Positions 29,905 to 39,785 are shown, counted from the first letter of the stretch. The stretch: 64,000 nt of DNA from Brevundimonas sp. (GCF_016463295.1 NZ_JAEMRO010000003.1:5474-69473); one strand, 5' to 3'. The notes: a model not told the origin generated them from the letters alone. Numbers and translations are program-made.

Positions 29905-30004
29905 AGGTTCTAGGTTCTAGGGACGAGGTTCCAGGGAAGTGCAGCGGACGAGATTTCGAGCGTGCCTTTTCTCCCTAGCACCTAAACCCTAACCCCTAGA
30001 ACCT
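29905..30004. repeat. Heptamer-periodic inverted-repeat element, copy 2 (divL-HAD)
   Basis: Left AGGTTCT AGGTTCT AGGGACG AGGTTCC AGGGA; reverse complement of right arm AGGTTCT AGGGGTT AGGGTTT AGGTGCT AGGGA. Confidence 0.85.
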
Positions 30005-32325
30005 AATCCCAGCTCCGGTGCGGCCGCTGACACCGTCGCCTCCAGCGGCAGATGCAGGATGAAGGCCGCGCCCTTGCCGGGCTCGCTCTCGACCTCGGCC
30101 CACCCGCCGTGCAGCTCGACCAGGGCCTTGACCAGCGCCAGGCCGACGCCGGGGCCGCCCCGCTCGCGGCGGACGAAACGGTCGAAGACATGGGCCTGCA
30201 GATGATAAGGAATGCCGCGACCCGTATCCTCGACCCGGATGCGGACTTCCGATGTCGTCGCCTCAGCGGCCAGGGTGACGGTGCCGCCCTCGGATACCGC
30301 GCGCGTGGCATTGTCCAGCAGATGGTCCAGGCACTGGGCGATGCGGCCGGCATCGGCGCGGATGGGTTTCAATCCAGTGGGGCAATCGACGACGAGCGTA
30401 GCCCCGCGTCCCTCGATCCGTGCACGGACCTTCGACGCGGCGTCGTCCAGCAGGTCGCTGAGGCGGATGTCGCCCAGCGTCAGCTCCATCTCGCCCGCGT
30501 CGATCTGGCTCATGTCCAGAACGTCGTCGATCGAGCGGGCCAGCTGGCTGGCGGCGATGCGGATGGCACCGGCATGCTGGCGGCTTCGCTCGGGCAGGTC
30601 GCCCAGGGTTTCCAGCAGTTCGGAATAGCCGACGATGGTCGTCAGCGGCGTGCGCAGCTCATAGGACACACTGCCCACGAACTCGCGCTTCAGGGCTTGG
30701 CTTTCGTCAAGTGCGGCGGCCTTTGCAGCCAGGGCCTGTTCCAGATCGCGCCGGGCCGTCACATCGGAGAAAGCCACAAGTGTCGCACCGTCTGGCAGAG
30801 GGCGCGTCTGCCAGGCCGCCACGCGACCATCCAGCGTGCGGCCTTCGCCGGAAATCGGCACGCGACTTTCGGGGTCGGGGTCGGCGACGCGGGCCTTCAA
30901 CCCCAGCCACAGGGCCGGGTCGGGCATGGTCTGCTGACACAGGGCGGCGATGGCGTCGAACTCACCGGCCGTCTCAAGCTGATCGGGACGGAGGGCCCAG
31001 AAGGTCTCGAACGCCTCATTGTGAAGGCGCAGGCGTCCGTCGGAGCCGAAAACGGCCACCGCATCGTTCAGCTTGTCCAGGGTGGCGGTCTGGACCTGAA
31101 GCTGGGCGTTGAATCGGCTGCGCAACTGAAGTTCGTCTGTGATGTCGGAGAACAGCAACAGCACGCCGCCCAGCGGGTGCGGCTGGCGCACGATGCGCAG
31201 GGTGCGACCGTCGGGCAGGGACCAGCTGTCGTCCGGTGCCGCCTCCGTCGCCCCATAGAACTCCAGCTCATTGGCCTTCCACCCGGCATAGTCGATGACT
31301 TCGGGGAGCTGGCGGCGCTGACGCAAAGCGTCCAGCAGTTCGGCATGGGTGGGGCGCTCATCCAGCCAGGCCGGATCGATGTTGAACAGCTGCTGGAAGG
31401 CGGTGTTGTGAAAGGCCAGTCGCTTGCCGGGACCGAAGATGGCCACGGCGTCGGCGAGGTGGTTCAGGGTCTCGTCATGGGCCTCGACGTGACGGCGCAG
31501 GGTATCGCGCGTTTCCTCGGCCTCGGTCATGTCCAGGGCGAAGGCCAGCACCGCTCCGGCCCCGCCCTGTACCGGCTCGGCCATGATGCGCCATGCTCGC
31601 CTGCGACCATCGCCAGTGGTCCAGCGAAACCCTTCTTGGTGTTGCCGCAGACGACTGGCCTCGGCCACGATGGCGTCGGCCCCACGATCGAAGCTCAGGC
31701 CCTGTTCGCACGCCGCCTCGATCGTGTCGACCTTCAGTTCTGCCAGCCACGCCTTGTTGGCCCAGGCCAGTTTGCCCGACGCGTCGGTGATCCAGGTCGG
31801 GGCCGGATAGGCCTCGGCCAGCAAACCCAGACCGCTCTCGGCCGCCGTGCCCATCAGGGCCAGTCGCGACAGTCGCAACCAGGCGGCTCCGGCCGAGGAT
31901 CGGCCCTCGACCGTCCAGGCGGCGGTCGACCCCTCCAGCACGGCATCGAAGGCCTCGCCCCGCGCGATCAGGGCGTCGAGCCGCTCGGCCTCCATGCGAC
32001 GCACGGCATCCAGCACGACCAGCGCCGGATCGGTGTCGGGGGCGGGTGGCTTCAGGGCCAGTTCGCTGACGATGGTGCGCCATGCCCCCTCGGACCCCAG
32101 TCGTCGCGTCTGGCCGTCGGTTGTCAGGGCCAGGCGAACATCCTCGAACGCGGCCAGGGCACCATCGCGATCCGCCAGATCGACGCGGGCTGCGGCCAGA
32201 TCGGCCTCGGCCTTCGCCGCACGCCTGGCCAACTGGCCGCGCAGCCGCGCGGCCCAGGCGCTGAGCGCGAGCGCCAGACCTGCGGCACCCGCGGTCGCGA
32301 CATAGGCGATGTCGGCGTCGGCCAT
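29989..32325 (-). CDS. divL: Cell-cycle pseudokinase DivL
   Basis: N-terminal TM, several PAS-like segments, H-box VSYELRTPLTTI with Tyr replacing His, HATPase domain (DTGRGI, GVGLALV). Confidence 0.9.
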   Translation of the reverse strand: MADADIAYVATAGAAGLALALSAWAARLRGQLARRAAKAEADLAAARVDLADRDGALAAFEDVRLALTTDGQTRRLGSEGAWRTIVSELALKPPAPDTDPALVVLDAVRRMEAERLDALIARGEAFDAVLEGSTAAWTVEGRSSAGAAWLRLSRLALMGTAAESGLGLLAEAYPAPTWITDASGKLAWANKAWLAELKVDTIEAACEQGLSFDRGADAIVAEASRLRQHQEGFRWTTGDGRRRAWRIMAEPVQGGAGAVLAFALDMTEAEETRDTLRRHVEAHDETLNHLADAVAIFGPGKRLAFHNTAFQQLFNIDPAWLDERPTHAELLDALRQRRQLPEVIDYAGWKANELEFYGATEAAPDDSWSLPDGRTLRIVRQPHPLGGVLLLFSDITDELQLRSRFNAQLQVQTATLDKLNDAVAVFGSDGRLRLHNEAFETFWALRPDQLETAGEFDAIAALCQQTMPDPALWLGLKARVADPDPESRVPISGEGRTLDGRVAAWQTRPLPDGATLVAFSDVTARRDLEQALAAKAAALDESQALKREFVGSVSYELRTPLTTIVGYSELLETLGDLPERSRQHAGAIRIAASQLARSIDDVLDMSQIDAGEMELTLGDIRLSDLLDDAASKVRARIEGRGATLVVDCPTGLKPIRADAGRIAQCLDHLLDNATRAVSEGGTVTLAAEATTSEVRIRVEDTGRGIPYHLQAHVFDRFVRRERGGPGVGLALVKALVELHGGWAEVESEPGKGAAFILHLPLEATVSAAAPELGLGSRG

Positions 32326-32422
32326 CCCTGATCCGTAAAGCGGAGCCCCACGCCCCGATTCGGTAACCATAACCCGCGTGGCGCGATTTGCGAGCGGGCG
32401 ACGGACATCCGATATGGACGCC

Positions 32423-32842
32423 ATGACCGACGCAGCCTCTTCACCCTGGACTGACCAGACAGCCCCGTCGCTGGACGACTTTGCCCGACTGGCCCGCGAG
32501 GCGTTCGACGCGCTGCCTGAGCCGTTCGGGGCATTGGCCGGCGATGTCGTCATCCGCATCGACGATTTCGCCGACGAGGAGACGCTGGCCAGCTTCGGCA
32601 TGGATGACCCGTTCGAGCTGACGGGCCTGTACCACGGAGTCGATATCGGCCTGCGGGACGGCATGGGAGCCGCGCCGGAGCCGTCGCGGATATTCCTGTA
32701 CCGTCGTCCGATCCTGGACGAATGGTGCGAGCGCGGGGATGTAGGATTGTCCGAGATCATTGCCCACGTCCTGATCCATGAGATCGGCCATCATTTCGGG
32801 CTGGACGACGACCGGATTCACGAGGTGGAGGGGGATGACTGA
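32423..32842 (+). CDS. Zincin-like metallopeptidase (minimal zincin)
   Basis: ELTGLYHG, IFLYRRPIL, HVLIHEIGHHFGL. Confidence 0.85.
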   Translation: MTDAASSPWTDQTAPSLDDFARLAREAFDALPEPFGALAGDVVIRIDDFADEETLASFGMDDPFELTGLYHGVDIGLRDGMGAAPEPSRIFLYRRPILDEWCERGDVGLSEIIAHVLIHEIGHHFGLDDDRIHEVEGDD

Positions 32843-32909
32843 CCCTGCCTTAAATCCTGCCCGATCTGTGCTATAAGGCCCGCCTCCCGCCCGTTCAGGA
32901 TATCGCCCT

Positions 32910-34064
32910 TTGAGCCTCTCGCTCGACCTTACGCGCACGACCGCCGCCACGCCCGGACCCGTCAATCTGGCGGGACTGACGCGTGCAAGCCTGCGTCAGG
33001 CGCTGGTCGATGCGGGTGTCTGTCCGCCCGAGAAGGCCAAGATGCGGGCGAGCCAAATCTGGGGCTGGATCCACCATCACGGCGTCACCGACTTCGCCCT
33101 GATGAGCAATGTCGCCAAGGATATGCAGGCGAAACTGGCCGAGGCCTTCACCCTGGCCCGGCCCGAGATCGTCGAGCGGCAGGTATCGAAGGACGGCACC
33201 CGCAAATATCTGATCCGGACCGCCCCGGGCATCGAGGTCGAGGCCGTCTATATTCCCGACGTGGGCCGTGCGGGTGCCCTGTGCGTGTCGTCCCAGGTCG
33301 GATGCACCCTGAACTGCACCTTCTGCCACACGGGCACGCAGAAGCTGGTGCGCAACCTGACCGCCGCCGAGATCGTGGCTCAGGTTCAGGTCTGCCGCGA
33401 CGACCTGGGCGAATGGCCGTCGCCGATGGAGGACCGCCGCCTGTCCAACATCGTCTTCATGGGCATGGGCGAGCCGCTGTACAATCTGGACCACGTCGCC
33501 GACGCCATCGAGATCATTTCGGACCCCGAGGGCATCGCCCTGTCGCGGCGCCGGATCACGGTCTCGACCAGTGGCGTGGTGCCGCAGCTGGGTCCGCTGG
33601 GCGACCGGACGCAGGCCATGCTGGCCATCAGCCTGCACGCCACCAACGACGCCCTGCGCGATGTACTGGTACCGCTGAACAAGAAGTATGATCTGGAAGC
33701 CCTGATGGCGGGCATCCGGGCCTATCCGGGCCTGTCGAACGCCCGGCGCGTCACCTTCGAATACGTCATGCTCAAGGGCGTCAACGACAGCCCAGACGAG
33801 GCGCGGGCCCTGGTCAAGCTGATCGAGGGCATTCCGGCCAAGGTCAATCTGATCCCGTTCAACCCCTGGCCCGGCACGGATTATCAGTGTTCGGACTGGG
33901 GCACGATCGAGCGGTTCGCCGCCATCCTGAACAAGGCCGGTTTCGCCAGCCCGATCCGCACCCCGCGCGGTCGCGATATCCTGGCCGCGTGCGGTCAGCT
34001 GAAGTCCGAAAGCGAGAAGCTGCGGGCGTCGGCCGTGCGCAAGGCGGAGCAGGCGGCGGCTTGA
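32910..34064 (+). CDS. rlmN: 23S rRNA/tRNA adenine C2-methyltransferase (radical SAM)
   Basis: [38 protein letters not shown]. Confidence 0.96.
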   Translation: MSLSLDLTRTTAATPGPVNLAGLTRASLRQALVDAGVCPPEKAKMRASQIWGWIHHHGVTDFALMSNVAKDMQAKLAEAFTLARPEIVERQVSKDGTRKYLIRTAPGIEVEAVYIPDVGRAGALCVSSQVGCTLNCTFCHTGTQKLVRNLTAAEIVAQVQVCRDDLGEWPSPMEDRRLSNIVFMGMGEPLYNLDHVADAIEIISDPEGIALSRRRITVSTSGVVPQLGPLGDRTQAMLAISLHATNDALRDVLVPLNKKYDLEALMAGIRAYPGLSNARRVTFEYVMLKGVNDSPDEARALVKLIEGIPAKVNLIPFNPWPGTDYQCSDWGTIERFAAILNKAGFASPIRTPRGRDILAACGQLKSESEKLRASAVRKAEQAAA

Positions 34065-34124
34065 AGCCTTCCTCCTTGGCTGGCAGTGACTGGCCGGTCT
34101 CCCTGTTGTGATCCCAGGCTATCT

Positions 34125-34910
34125 ATGACCGAGTTTGAACTGTTCGCCATCGATCTGGCCCGCGAAGCGGCGCGGGTCAGTCTGCCGTTCTTTCGGGGCG
34201 ATTATGAGCAGGTCGACAAGGGCGGACCGGGCGCGTTCGATCCGGTCACCCAAGCCGATCGCGAGGCCGAGGTGGCGCTGCGTCGCATGATCGCCAACCG
34301 TTATCCCGACCATGGCGTGATCGGCGAGGAGTATGGCGAGGACCGGCCCGACGCGGAGCATGTCTGGGTGCTGGATCCCATCGACGGCACGCGCGCCTTC
34401 ATCGCCGGTCTGCCGCTCTGGACGAATCTGATCGGGCTGCGTGTGGTGGGGCGACCGACGGTCGGCATCATCGGTCAGCCGTATCTCGACGAGATATTCG
34501 TCGGCGGGCCTTCGGGCGCGCGGTTGCTGAAAAGCGATCAGACTTCTGTACTCAAGGCGCGCCCCTGCTCGCGCCTGACCGAGGCGGTGATCGCCACGAC
34601 AGACCCCGACATCTTCACCGGTGCCGAGCTGGGGGCCTGGACCCAGGTGCGGGCGGCGGCACGCCTGGCCCGACTGGGGTGCGATGCCTATGCCTATGCC
34701 ATGATCGCGGCGGGGCGGATCGATCTGGTGGCCGAGACCAGCCTGAAGGTCTGGGACTGGTCGGCCCTGGTACCCATTGTCGAAGCGGCGGGCGGGGCAG
34801 TGACCAACTGGCGGGGCGAGGCGCCCGACGGCAATGGCCAGATTCTGGCTGTCGGGGATGTGTCGATCCGCGAGCAGGCTCTGGTCACCCTGAGGCGCGC
34901 AGCGCTTTAG
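34125..34910 (+). CDS. hisN: Inositol-monophosphatase family histidinol-phosphatase
   Basis: DPVTQADREAE, GEE, WVLDPIDGTRAFI, WDWSAL. Confidence 0.75.
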   Translation: MTEFELFAIDLAREAARVSLPFFRGDYEQVDKGGPGAFDPVTQADREAEVALRRMIANRYPDHGVIGEEYGEDRPDAEHVWVLDPIDGTRAFIAGLPLWTNLIGLRVVGRPTVGIIGQPYLDEIFVGGPSGARLLKSDQTSVLKARPCSRLTEAVIATTDPDIFTGAELGAWTQVRAAARLARLGCDAYAYAMIAAGRIDLVAETSLKVWDWSALVPIVEAAGGAVTNWRGEAPDGNGQILAVGDVSIREQALVTLRRAAL

Positions 34911-35908
34911 CCTGTTGGCGTGCCATTCTCCGGCGAGACGGTCGCGGCCATCACATCGAACTCCTCCAGAAAGACAGCCCGCTTGTCGTCGGTCTCCATG
35001 ATGACCTCATGCTTGGCCCCCGGGACCTCGACATAGCGGCCGCGCGGTATGCGCCGGGCGGCCCACTGGCTGCTCTGTTTCCAGACCCTGTCATCGTCCG
35101 AGGCCTGAACGATGCAGACCGGGATCCGCACGGACCTCAACGCCCCCGTCTTCAGCGCGCGTTCGCCCACAGTCAGTCCGAACGCCAGCCAGCCCCAGGT
35201 CGGGCCGCCGACGGCCAGATGCGGGCAGGCATAGAGCTGCTGTCGCCACTGGTCGTAGCGGGCTTCGTCCGTTGTCAGGGCGTCCTTTTGGAAGGTGTGG
35301 TCGAAGGGGTCGTCGGCATCGTCCAGCACATAGTCCCCGGCCCGCCCATGGCGCAGGTTCCAGCGCACGGCCAGCTTGACCGACCACATGGCCCGCTTGC
35401 CCGTCTTGATGCGCAGCATGGGACCCGAAAGGACCGCGCCGGCAAAGCGGGTCTCGCCCTGTTCCAGGCTCATCAGGTTCAACACGCCGCCCATGGAGTG
35501 GCCGACCATGATCCAGGGCTTGGGAGCGCGGCTCTCGAAGGCATCCAGCAAACGGTCGTAGTCGTCCAGAAACTCCTCGACCGCGCGAGCATGGCCTTTC
35601 AGCCGATCGGGCAGCAGACGGGCCGACAGGCCCTGGCCGCGCCAATCGTGCGCAATGACGCACCAGCCCCGTGCCAGGAAGTTGCCGATGACCTCGTAAT
35701 ACTTCTCGATGGGCTCGGTGCGACCCGGACTGACCACCACAGTGCCATGCGGTTTGGACGCAACGAGCGTCGAAGGCGTCCAGAAGGCAGCGCGGAGCCG
35801 AAGCCCCCCGGCCCCGCGAAACCATTCGCCCTTGCCGCCGGGCGGAGGCGCAGCGCCTGGAACGCCCATCAGGGGCGCATCGGGGGTGAAGGCGGCGGTG
35901 TCGGTCAC
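34907..35908 (-). CDS. Alpha/beta hydrolase, lysophospholipase L2 (PldB)-like
   Basis: PGRTEPIEKY, DWRGQGLS, GHSMGG, AKHE. Confidence 0.85.
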   Translation of the reverse strand: MTDTAAFTPDAPLMGVPGAAPPPGGKGEWFRGAGGLRLRAAFWTPSTLVASKPHGTVVVSPGRTEPIEKYYEVIGNFLARGWCVIAHDWRGQGLSARLLPDRLKGHARAVEEFLDDYDRLLDAFESRAPKPWIMVGHSMGGVLNLMSLEQGETRFAGAVLSGPMLRIKTGKRAMWSVKLAVRWNLRHGRAGDYVLDDADDPFDHTFQKDALTTDEARYDQWRQQLYACPHLAVGGPTWGWLAFGLTVGERALKTGALRSVRIPVCIVQASDDDRVWKQSSQWAARRIPRGRYVEVPGAKHEVIMETDDKRAVFLEEFDVMAATVSPENGTPTG

Positions 35909-36825
35909 TCGGGCTTCCTGAACTTCAAGGTCATGCGATCGCTCTCGCCGATGGCGTCGTATTCGGTGCGGTCGAACTCGGGGTCGGCGGGTTCTCCCCG
36001 CGGCGCGGTCAGACGCAAGGGGGCCAAGGTCTCGACGCCGAAAGGGTGGTCGGTGTCGTCGTCCGGATTGGCATTGATCTCGGACGCCGCCACGAAGGCG
36101 AAACCAGCCTCTGCGGCCAGCTGCTTGACGAAGGCTTCCTGCACATAGCCGCTGGCGGCGGCGGGGTCCTGATCCTGCTCGGGGCCCAAGCGGTGTTGCT
36201 CGACGCCCAGGATGCCGCCGGGCTTCAACGCCGCGAACGCATCGGCAAAGGCCTTCTCGGCAATGCCCGCGGCCATCCAGGCATGGATGTAGCGCATGAA
36301 CAGGACCATGTCGGCCGTCCCGGCTTCGGCCACGGGGCCGGAGGTGGGACCGAAGGCACTGAGGACGATCTCGCCGTAAAGCCTCTTGTCGGTGGTGAAG
36401 CGCTGCTCGAACGCCGCCATCAGCTGACTCTGCGCCGGGTCGGTCAGCGGACCGGTCTGGAAACCGGCGGCAATGTATTGGCCGTCACCTTCGGCCAGAT
36501 AAGGGGCCAGGATTTCGGTGTACCAGCCGCTGCCCGGCCAGAAATCGACGACGGTCATGGTCGGCTGAAGGCCGAAGAAGCGCAGGGTCTCCATCGGGTG
36601 CCGGTCGCCGTCCCGGGCGCGGTCGCTGGCCGAGCGCCAGGGTCCGGCGATGGCCCATTCCAGCGACCCCTCGGGCGGACCGCTGGGCGTCTCGGGGACG
36701 GCATCGCGGGCCGAAGGCTCCTCGCGGCCACACCCCGCGACGGCGACGAGACCCAGCGCCGCCGAGCCCGCGAGCCAGGATCGGCGAGAGATCGCAAGCC
36801 TGCCGTTCGTCCTCGCCTCAGTCAT
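35905..36825 (-). CDS. Exported predicted SAM-dependent methyltransferase (COG4798-like), copy 1
   Basis: SRRSWL twin-Arg plus VAGC lipobox; RHPMETLRFFG, VVDFWPGSGWYT, LKPGG.LGVEQHR, GESDRMTLKF. Confidence 0.8.
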   Translation of the reverse strand: MTEARTNGRLAISRRSWLAGSAALGLVAVAGCGREEPSARDAVPETPSGPPEGSLEWAIAGPWRSASDRARDGDRHPMETLRFFGLQPTMTVVDFWPGSGWYTEILAPYLAEGDGQYIAAGFQTGPLTDPAQSQLMAAFEQRFTTDKRLYGEIVLSAFGPTSGPVAEAGTADMVLFMRYIHAWMAAGIAEKAFADAFAALKPGGILGVEQHRLGPEQDQDPAAASGYVQEAFVKQLAAEAGFAFVAASEINANPDDDTDHPFGVETLAPLRLTAPRGEPADPEFDRTEYDAIGESDRMTLKFRKPE

Positions 36826-36892
36826 CAAGCCTCCCGCCGGAAACGGTCCGTCCGGAAGTAGACAGGTTCACCGTCAGGGTCAAAACCGAAGC

Positions 36893-37699
36893 CTATTCCG
36901 GCTTGCGGAAACGCAGGGTCATGCGATCGCTTTCGCCGATGGCGTCGAAGGCGGCGCGTTCCTCGGCGGTCAGGGTGCGGCCGTCCTGTTCGGAGCGACG
37001 CACGGGCGGCAGGGTCCAGACCCCGAACGGATGATCGCGGTCGTCGGCGGCGTTGGCGTTCAGCTCGCTGCGGGCATCCAGGACGAAGCCGGCGTTCTGG
37101 GCCGCGCGAATGACCCAGCTTTCGGGCATGTAGCCGGTCGGGGCGGTCTGATCGGGGTTCAGGCCATCGACGCTGCGGTGCTGTTCGACGGCCAGGACGC
37201 CGCCGGGCTTCAGCGCCTTGAAGAAGGCGGCCAGATAGGCATCGGTCCGCCCCGCCCGGTGCCAGTTGTGAAAGGCACGCGCGACGATGATCATATCGGC
37301 CTGGCCGTCCTCGACACCCATGGTTTCCAGCGGGCGGTTGACGGCGACGTAGCGACCGCCGGTCGCCTCGGCATATGGCTGCAGGATCTGGCTCCACCAG
37401 CCGGCGCGGCCGGGCTCGATCTCCACCACCGTCAGACCGGGTTGGAGGCCCCAGAAGGTCAGGGTCTCATATGGATGGCGATAAGCGTCGCGGGCCACGT
37501 CTGCGGCGGGCCGGGTTTCTGAACCGATGGCGGCTTGAAGTGCGGCGTCCTCCTGGGCGACCGGCGGGGTCATGGCGGCTCGGCGCTCGGCCCGCTGGGC
37601 CGGCGTCTCGTTGGCGGTCGGCATGGCGGGCAGGGCCTGGGCCAGGGCGGTGGAAGGCAGGACGACGGCGGTCAGGGCGGCGATGGCGAGCAGGCGCAT
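36893..37699 (-). CDS. Exported predicted SAM-dependent methyltransferase (COG4798-like), copy 2
   Basis: Sec signal MRLLAIAAL...AQA; RHPYETLTFWG, VVEIEPG..GWWS, LKPGG.LAVEQHR, GESDRMTLRF. Confidence 0.8.
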   Translation of the reverse strand: MRLLAIAALTAVVLPSTALAQALPAMPTANETPAQRAERRAAMTPPVAQEDAALQAAIGSETRPAADVARDAYRHPYETLTFWGLQPGLTVVEIEPGRAGWWSQILQPYAEATGGRYVAVNRPLETMGVEDGQADMIIVARAFHNWHRAGRTDAYLAAFFKALKPGGVLAVEQHRSVDGLNPDQTAPTGYMPESWVIRAAQNAGFVLDARSELNANAADDRDHPFGVWTLPPVRRSEQDGRTLTAEERAAFDAIGESDRMTLRFRKPE

Positions 37700-37807
37700 G
37701 GGGTCGGTTCCGGATGCGGTGAGCGGTGGCGCTACCCTGACCATCCCCGGCCAGCGGGGCAAGTGTCCATCCGCGGGTCAGGACAGAAGGACGCGCTTTC
37801 CAGACCC

Positions 37808-37835
37808 CTTGACGCCGAAAAACCGTTTCCCACCT
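37808..37835 (+). promoter_or_regulatory. RpoH (sigma32) promoter of ibpA
   Basis: CTTGAC-N15-CCCACCT, matching the alphaproteobacterial CTTGAA-N15/16-CC(T/C)ATNT pattern. Confidence 0.65.
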
Positions 37836-37843
37836 TGTCTCTC

Positions 37844-37979
37844 GAGGATGCCGATATCGGGTCCTCCAGACCGGACGGGGCCGAGCATCGGGCCGTGCGG
37901 GCTGATCCCCAACCGCCGTTCCGGGCCATGAAAAACGCGGGAACGGTTCAACCTTGCTGATCCTCAGGAGGATGACATG
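37844..37979 (+). promoter_or_regulatory. ROSE-type RNA thermometer in the ibpA 5' UTR
   Basis: 5' hairpin GAGGA...TCCTC (37844-37866); 3' hairpin CCTTGCTGA-tcc-TCAGGAGG with the UUGCU bulged-G motif pairing the SD. Confidence 0.8.
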
Positions 37980-38441
37980 CGTACTGTCGACTTTACCCCC
38001 CTCTATCGTTCCGCCGTCGGCTTCGACCGTCTGGCCAGTCTGCTTGAAAGCGCCGCGCGCACCAGCCAGGAAAACGGCTGGCCGCCCTACAACATCGAGA
38101 CGACGGGCGAGAATGCCTATCGGATCGAGATCGCCGTGGCCGGCTTCAAGCCCGAAGAGCTGAACCTGGAGGTCAAGGAAAACCTGCTGACCGTCACGGG
38201 TCGCAAGACCGCCAATGACGACGTCGAGCAGCGCACCTATCTGCATCGCGGCCTGGCCGAGCGCGATTTCGAGCGCCGGTTCCAGCTGGCCGACTATGTG
38301 ATCGTGAAGGGCGCGGACCTGGTCAACGGCCTGCTGTCCATCGAACTGGCCCGCGAACTGCCCGAGGCCCTGAAGCCCCGCCGCATCGAGATCGGTTCGG
38401 GCAAGGCCCTGATCGAAGGCAAGAAGACCAAGGCGGCCTAA
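37977..38441 (+). CDS. ibpA: Small heat-shock protein (Hsp20)
   Basis: [45 protein letters not shown]. Confidence 0.93.
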   Translation: MRTVDFTPLYRSAVGFDRLASLLESAARTSQENGWPPYNIETTGENAYRIEIAVAGFKPEELNLEVKENLLTVTGRKTANDDVEQRTYLHRGLAERDFERRFQLADYVIVKGADLVNGLLSIELARELPEALKPRRIEIGSGKALIEGKKTKAA

Positions 38442-38472
38442 GCTCTCAAGTCGCGCGACCGCGCGATAGGGC
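38442..38472 (+). repeat. CAA-bulge hairpin repeat, copy after ibpA
   Basis: GCTCT-CAA-GTCGCGC-gacc-GCGCGAT-AGGGC. Confidence 0.75.
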
Positions 38473-38481
38473 AACCAGGAG

Positions 38482-38509
38482 AGGGGTGGCGTTCGCGCCG
38501 CCCCTTTTT
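38482..38509 (+). terminator. Intrinsic terminator of ibpA
   Basis: AGGGGTGGCG-TTCG-CGCCGCCCCT followed by TTTT. Confidence 0.85.
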
Positions 38510-38513
38510 CGTG

Positions 38514-39785
38514 TCAGGCGTTGAGCGCCGCTTCCAGTCCGTGGGTGCCATGAGTGTCGGCATCCGTCAGCTCGGCCTGACGCAGGCAGGCCCCGTGCAG
38601 TTTGGCGCGGCTGAGGTCGGCCCCGGTCAGCACGGCACGCTTCATGTCGGCCCCCGACAGATCGACGCCGCGCAAGGTCGCGCCGGTCAGGTCCGCCGGC
38701 AGCAGCCGGTCCGCCGCGATCATCAACGGACCGAGCTGAGCTCCGCGCATGTCCGAGCCATTGAGCCGCGCGTTCTTCAGGCGGGCCCCCCGCAGGTCGG
38801 CGCCCTTCAGATTGACCGAGCGCAGATCGGCTCCTTCCAGATGCGCGCCCTGAAGCTGCACCCCCTCCATGTCCAGGCCATAGAAGACGGCGCCCTTGGC
38901 CGACAGGGCGGTGAGATTGTAGCCGGTGATCGACCGCAGGGCCCGCAGATCGACCCCGTCAAACACGGACGGCTGACCGGACGCCCCACCGGTCTCGCAC
39001 CACTGGGCGTGTTCGGCCAGCATGCTGGCGGCGGGCATGCGCGAAACGGGCTCGCCCGCGGACTTGGTGTCGGTCAGGGCTCCGGACATGTCGGCCCCGT
39101 CGGTGCGCCACATGGCCGATTTCACGCCCACCAGAATGGCGTCGCGCAGGTCGGCGCCTGACAGGTCGGCCCCCGACAGATCGGCCCCGGCCAGGTCGGC
39201 ACCGCGAAAACTGGCCTGTTTCAGATTGGCCCGGACCAGCTTGCAGTCCTTCATGATGGCATCGGAGAAGTCGGCGGCGACGGCGACGACGCCGGTCAGC
39301 TTGGATCGCTCAAGATTGGCCCCGGCCAGACAGGCCCCCTGCGCCTGGGTTTCGTTGCGCGAGCGGGCCTCGATGACGCGATAGCCCATCTTGGCGTCCG
39401 CCGAGGCGATGGTGCCTTCGCGCAGGTCGGCCTCGAACAGATCGGCCCCGGTCAGGTCGGCCCCGCGCAGGCAGGCGCCGCGCAGGTCGGCACGCCGCAG
39501 GCTGGCCTCGGACAGATTGCAGTCCTGCATGTCGGTGCCGAAGAAGACGGCATTGTCCAGCCGCGAGCCGGACAGGTTCGCCCCGATCATGCAGGCGGCG
39601 GAGAAGTCGGCATCGGCCAGATGACGGTCGCTGAGGTCCAGGCCCGACAGATCCATCCAGGCGAAGACGGCGCGGGCCCCGCCCGGCTTGGCCTGCCACA
39701 GGCGGTCGTGCCGGGCGCAGATGGCGTCCAGTTCGGCCTGTTCGATGCGCCTTCTGGCGACCGTGTTCGCGGTTTCCCCCGTCAT
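38514..39785 (-). CDS. Pentapeptide-repeat protein
   Basis: Many A(D/N)LxGA pentapeptides in two blocks. AAGGA SD favours ATG 39785 over 39794. Confidence 0.9.
   Translation of the reverse strand: MTGETANTVARRRIEQAELDAICARHDRLWQAKPGGARAVFAWMDLSGLDLSDRHLADADFSAACMIGANLSGSRLDNAVFFGTDMQDCNLSEASLRRADLRGACLRGADLTGADLFEADLREGTIASADAKMGYRVIEARSRNETQAQGACLAGANLERSKLTGVVAVAADFSDAIMKDCKLVRANLKQASFRGADLAGADLSGADLSGADLRDAILVGVKSAMWRTDGADMSGALTDTKSAGEPVSRMPAASMLAEHAQWCETGGASGQPSVFDGVDLRALRSITGYNLTALSAKGAVFYGLDMEGVQLQGAHLEGADLRSVNLKGADLRGARLKNARLNGSDMRGAQLGPLMIAADRLLPADLTGATLRGVDLSGADMKRAVLTGADLSRAKLHGACLRQAELTDADTHGTHGLEAALNA

Noticed and set aside
30640-30670. Tyr at the histidine-kinase phospho-site as a novel or broken kinase
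   Set aside because: This is the established DivL pseudokinase feature.
29989-32760. 923-aa DivL with a long N-terminal extension
   Set aside because: The extension overlaps the divergent zincin gene in antisense; the hydrophobic N-terminus starts at 32325.
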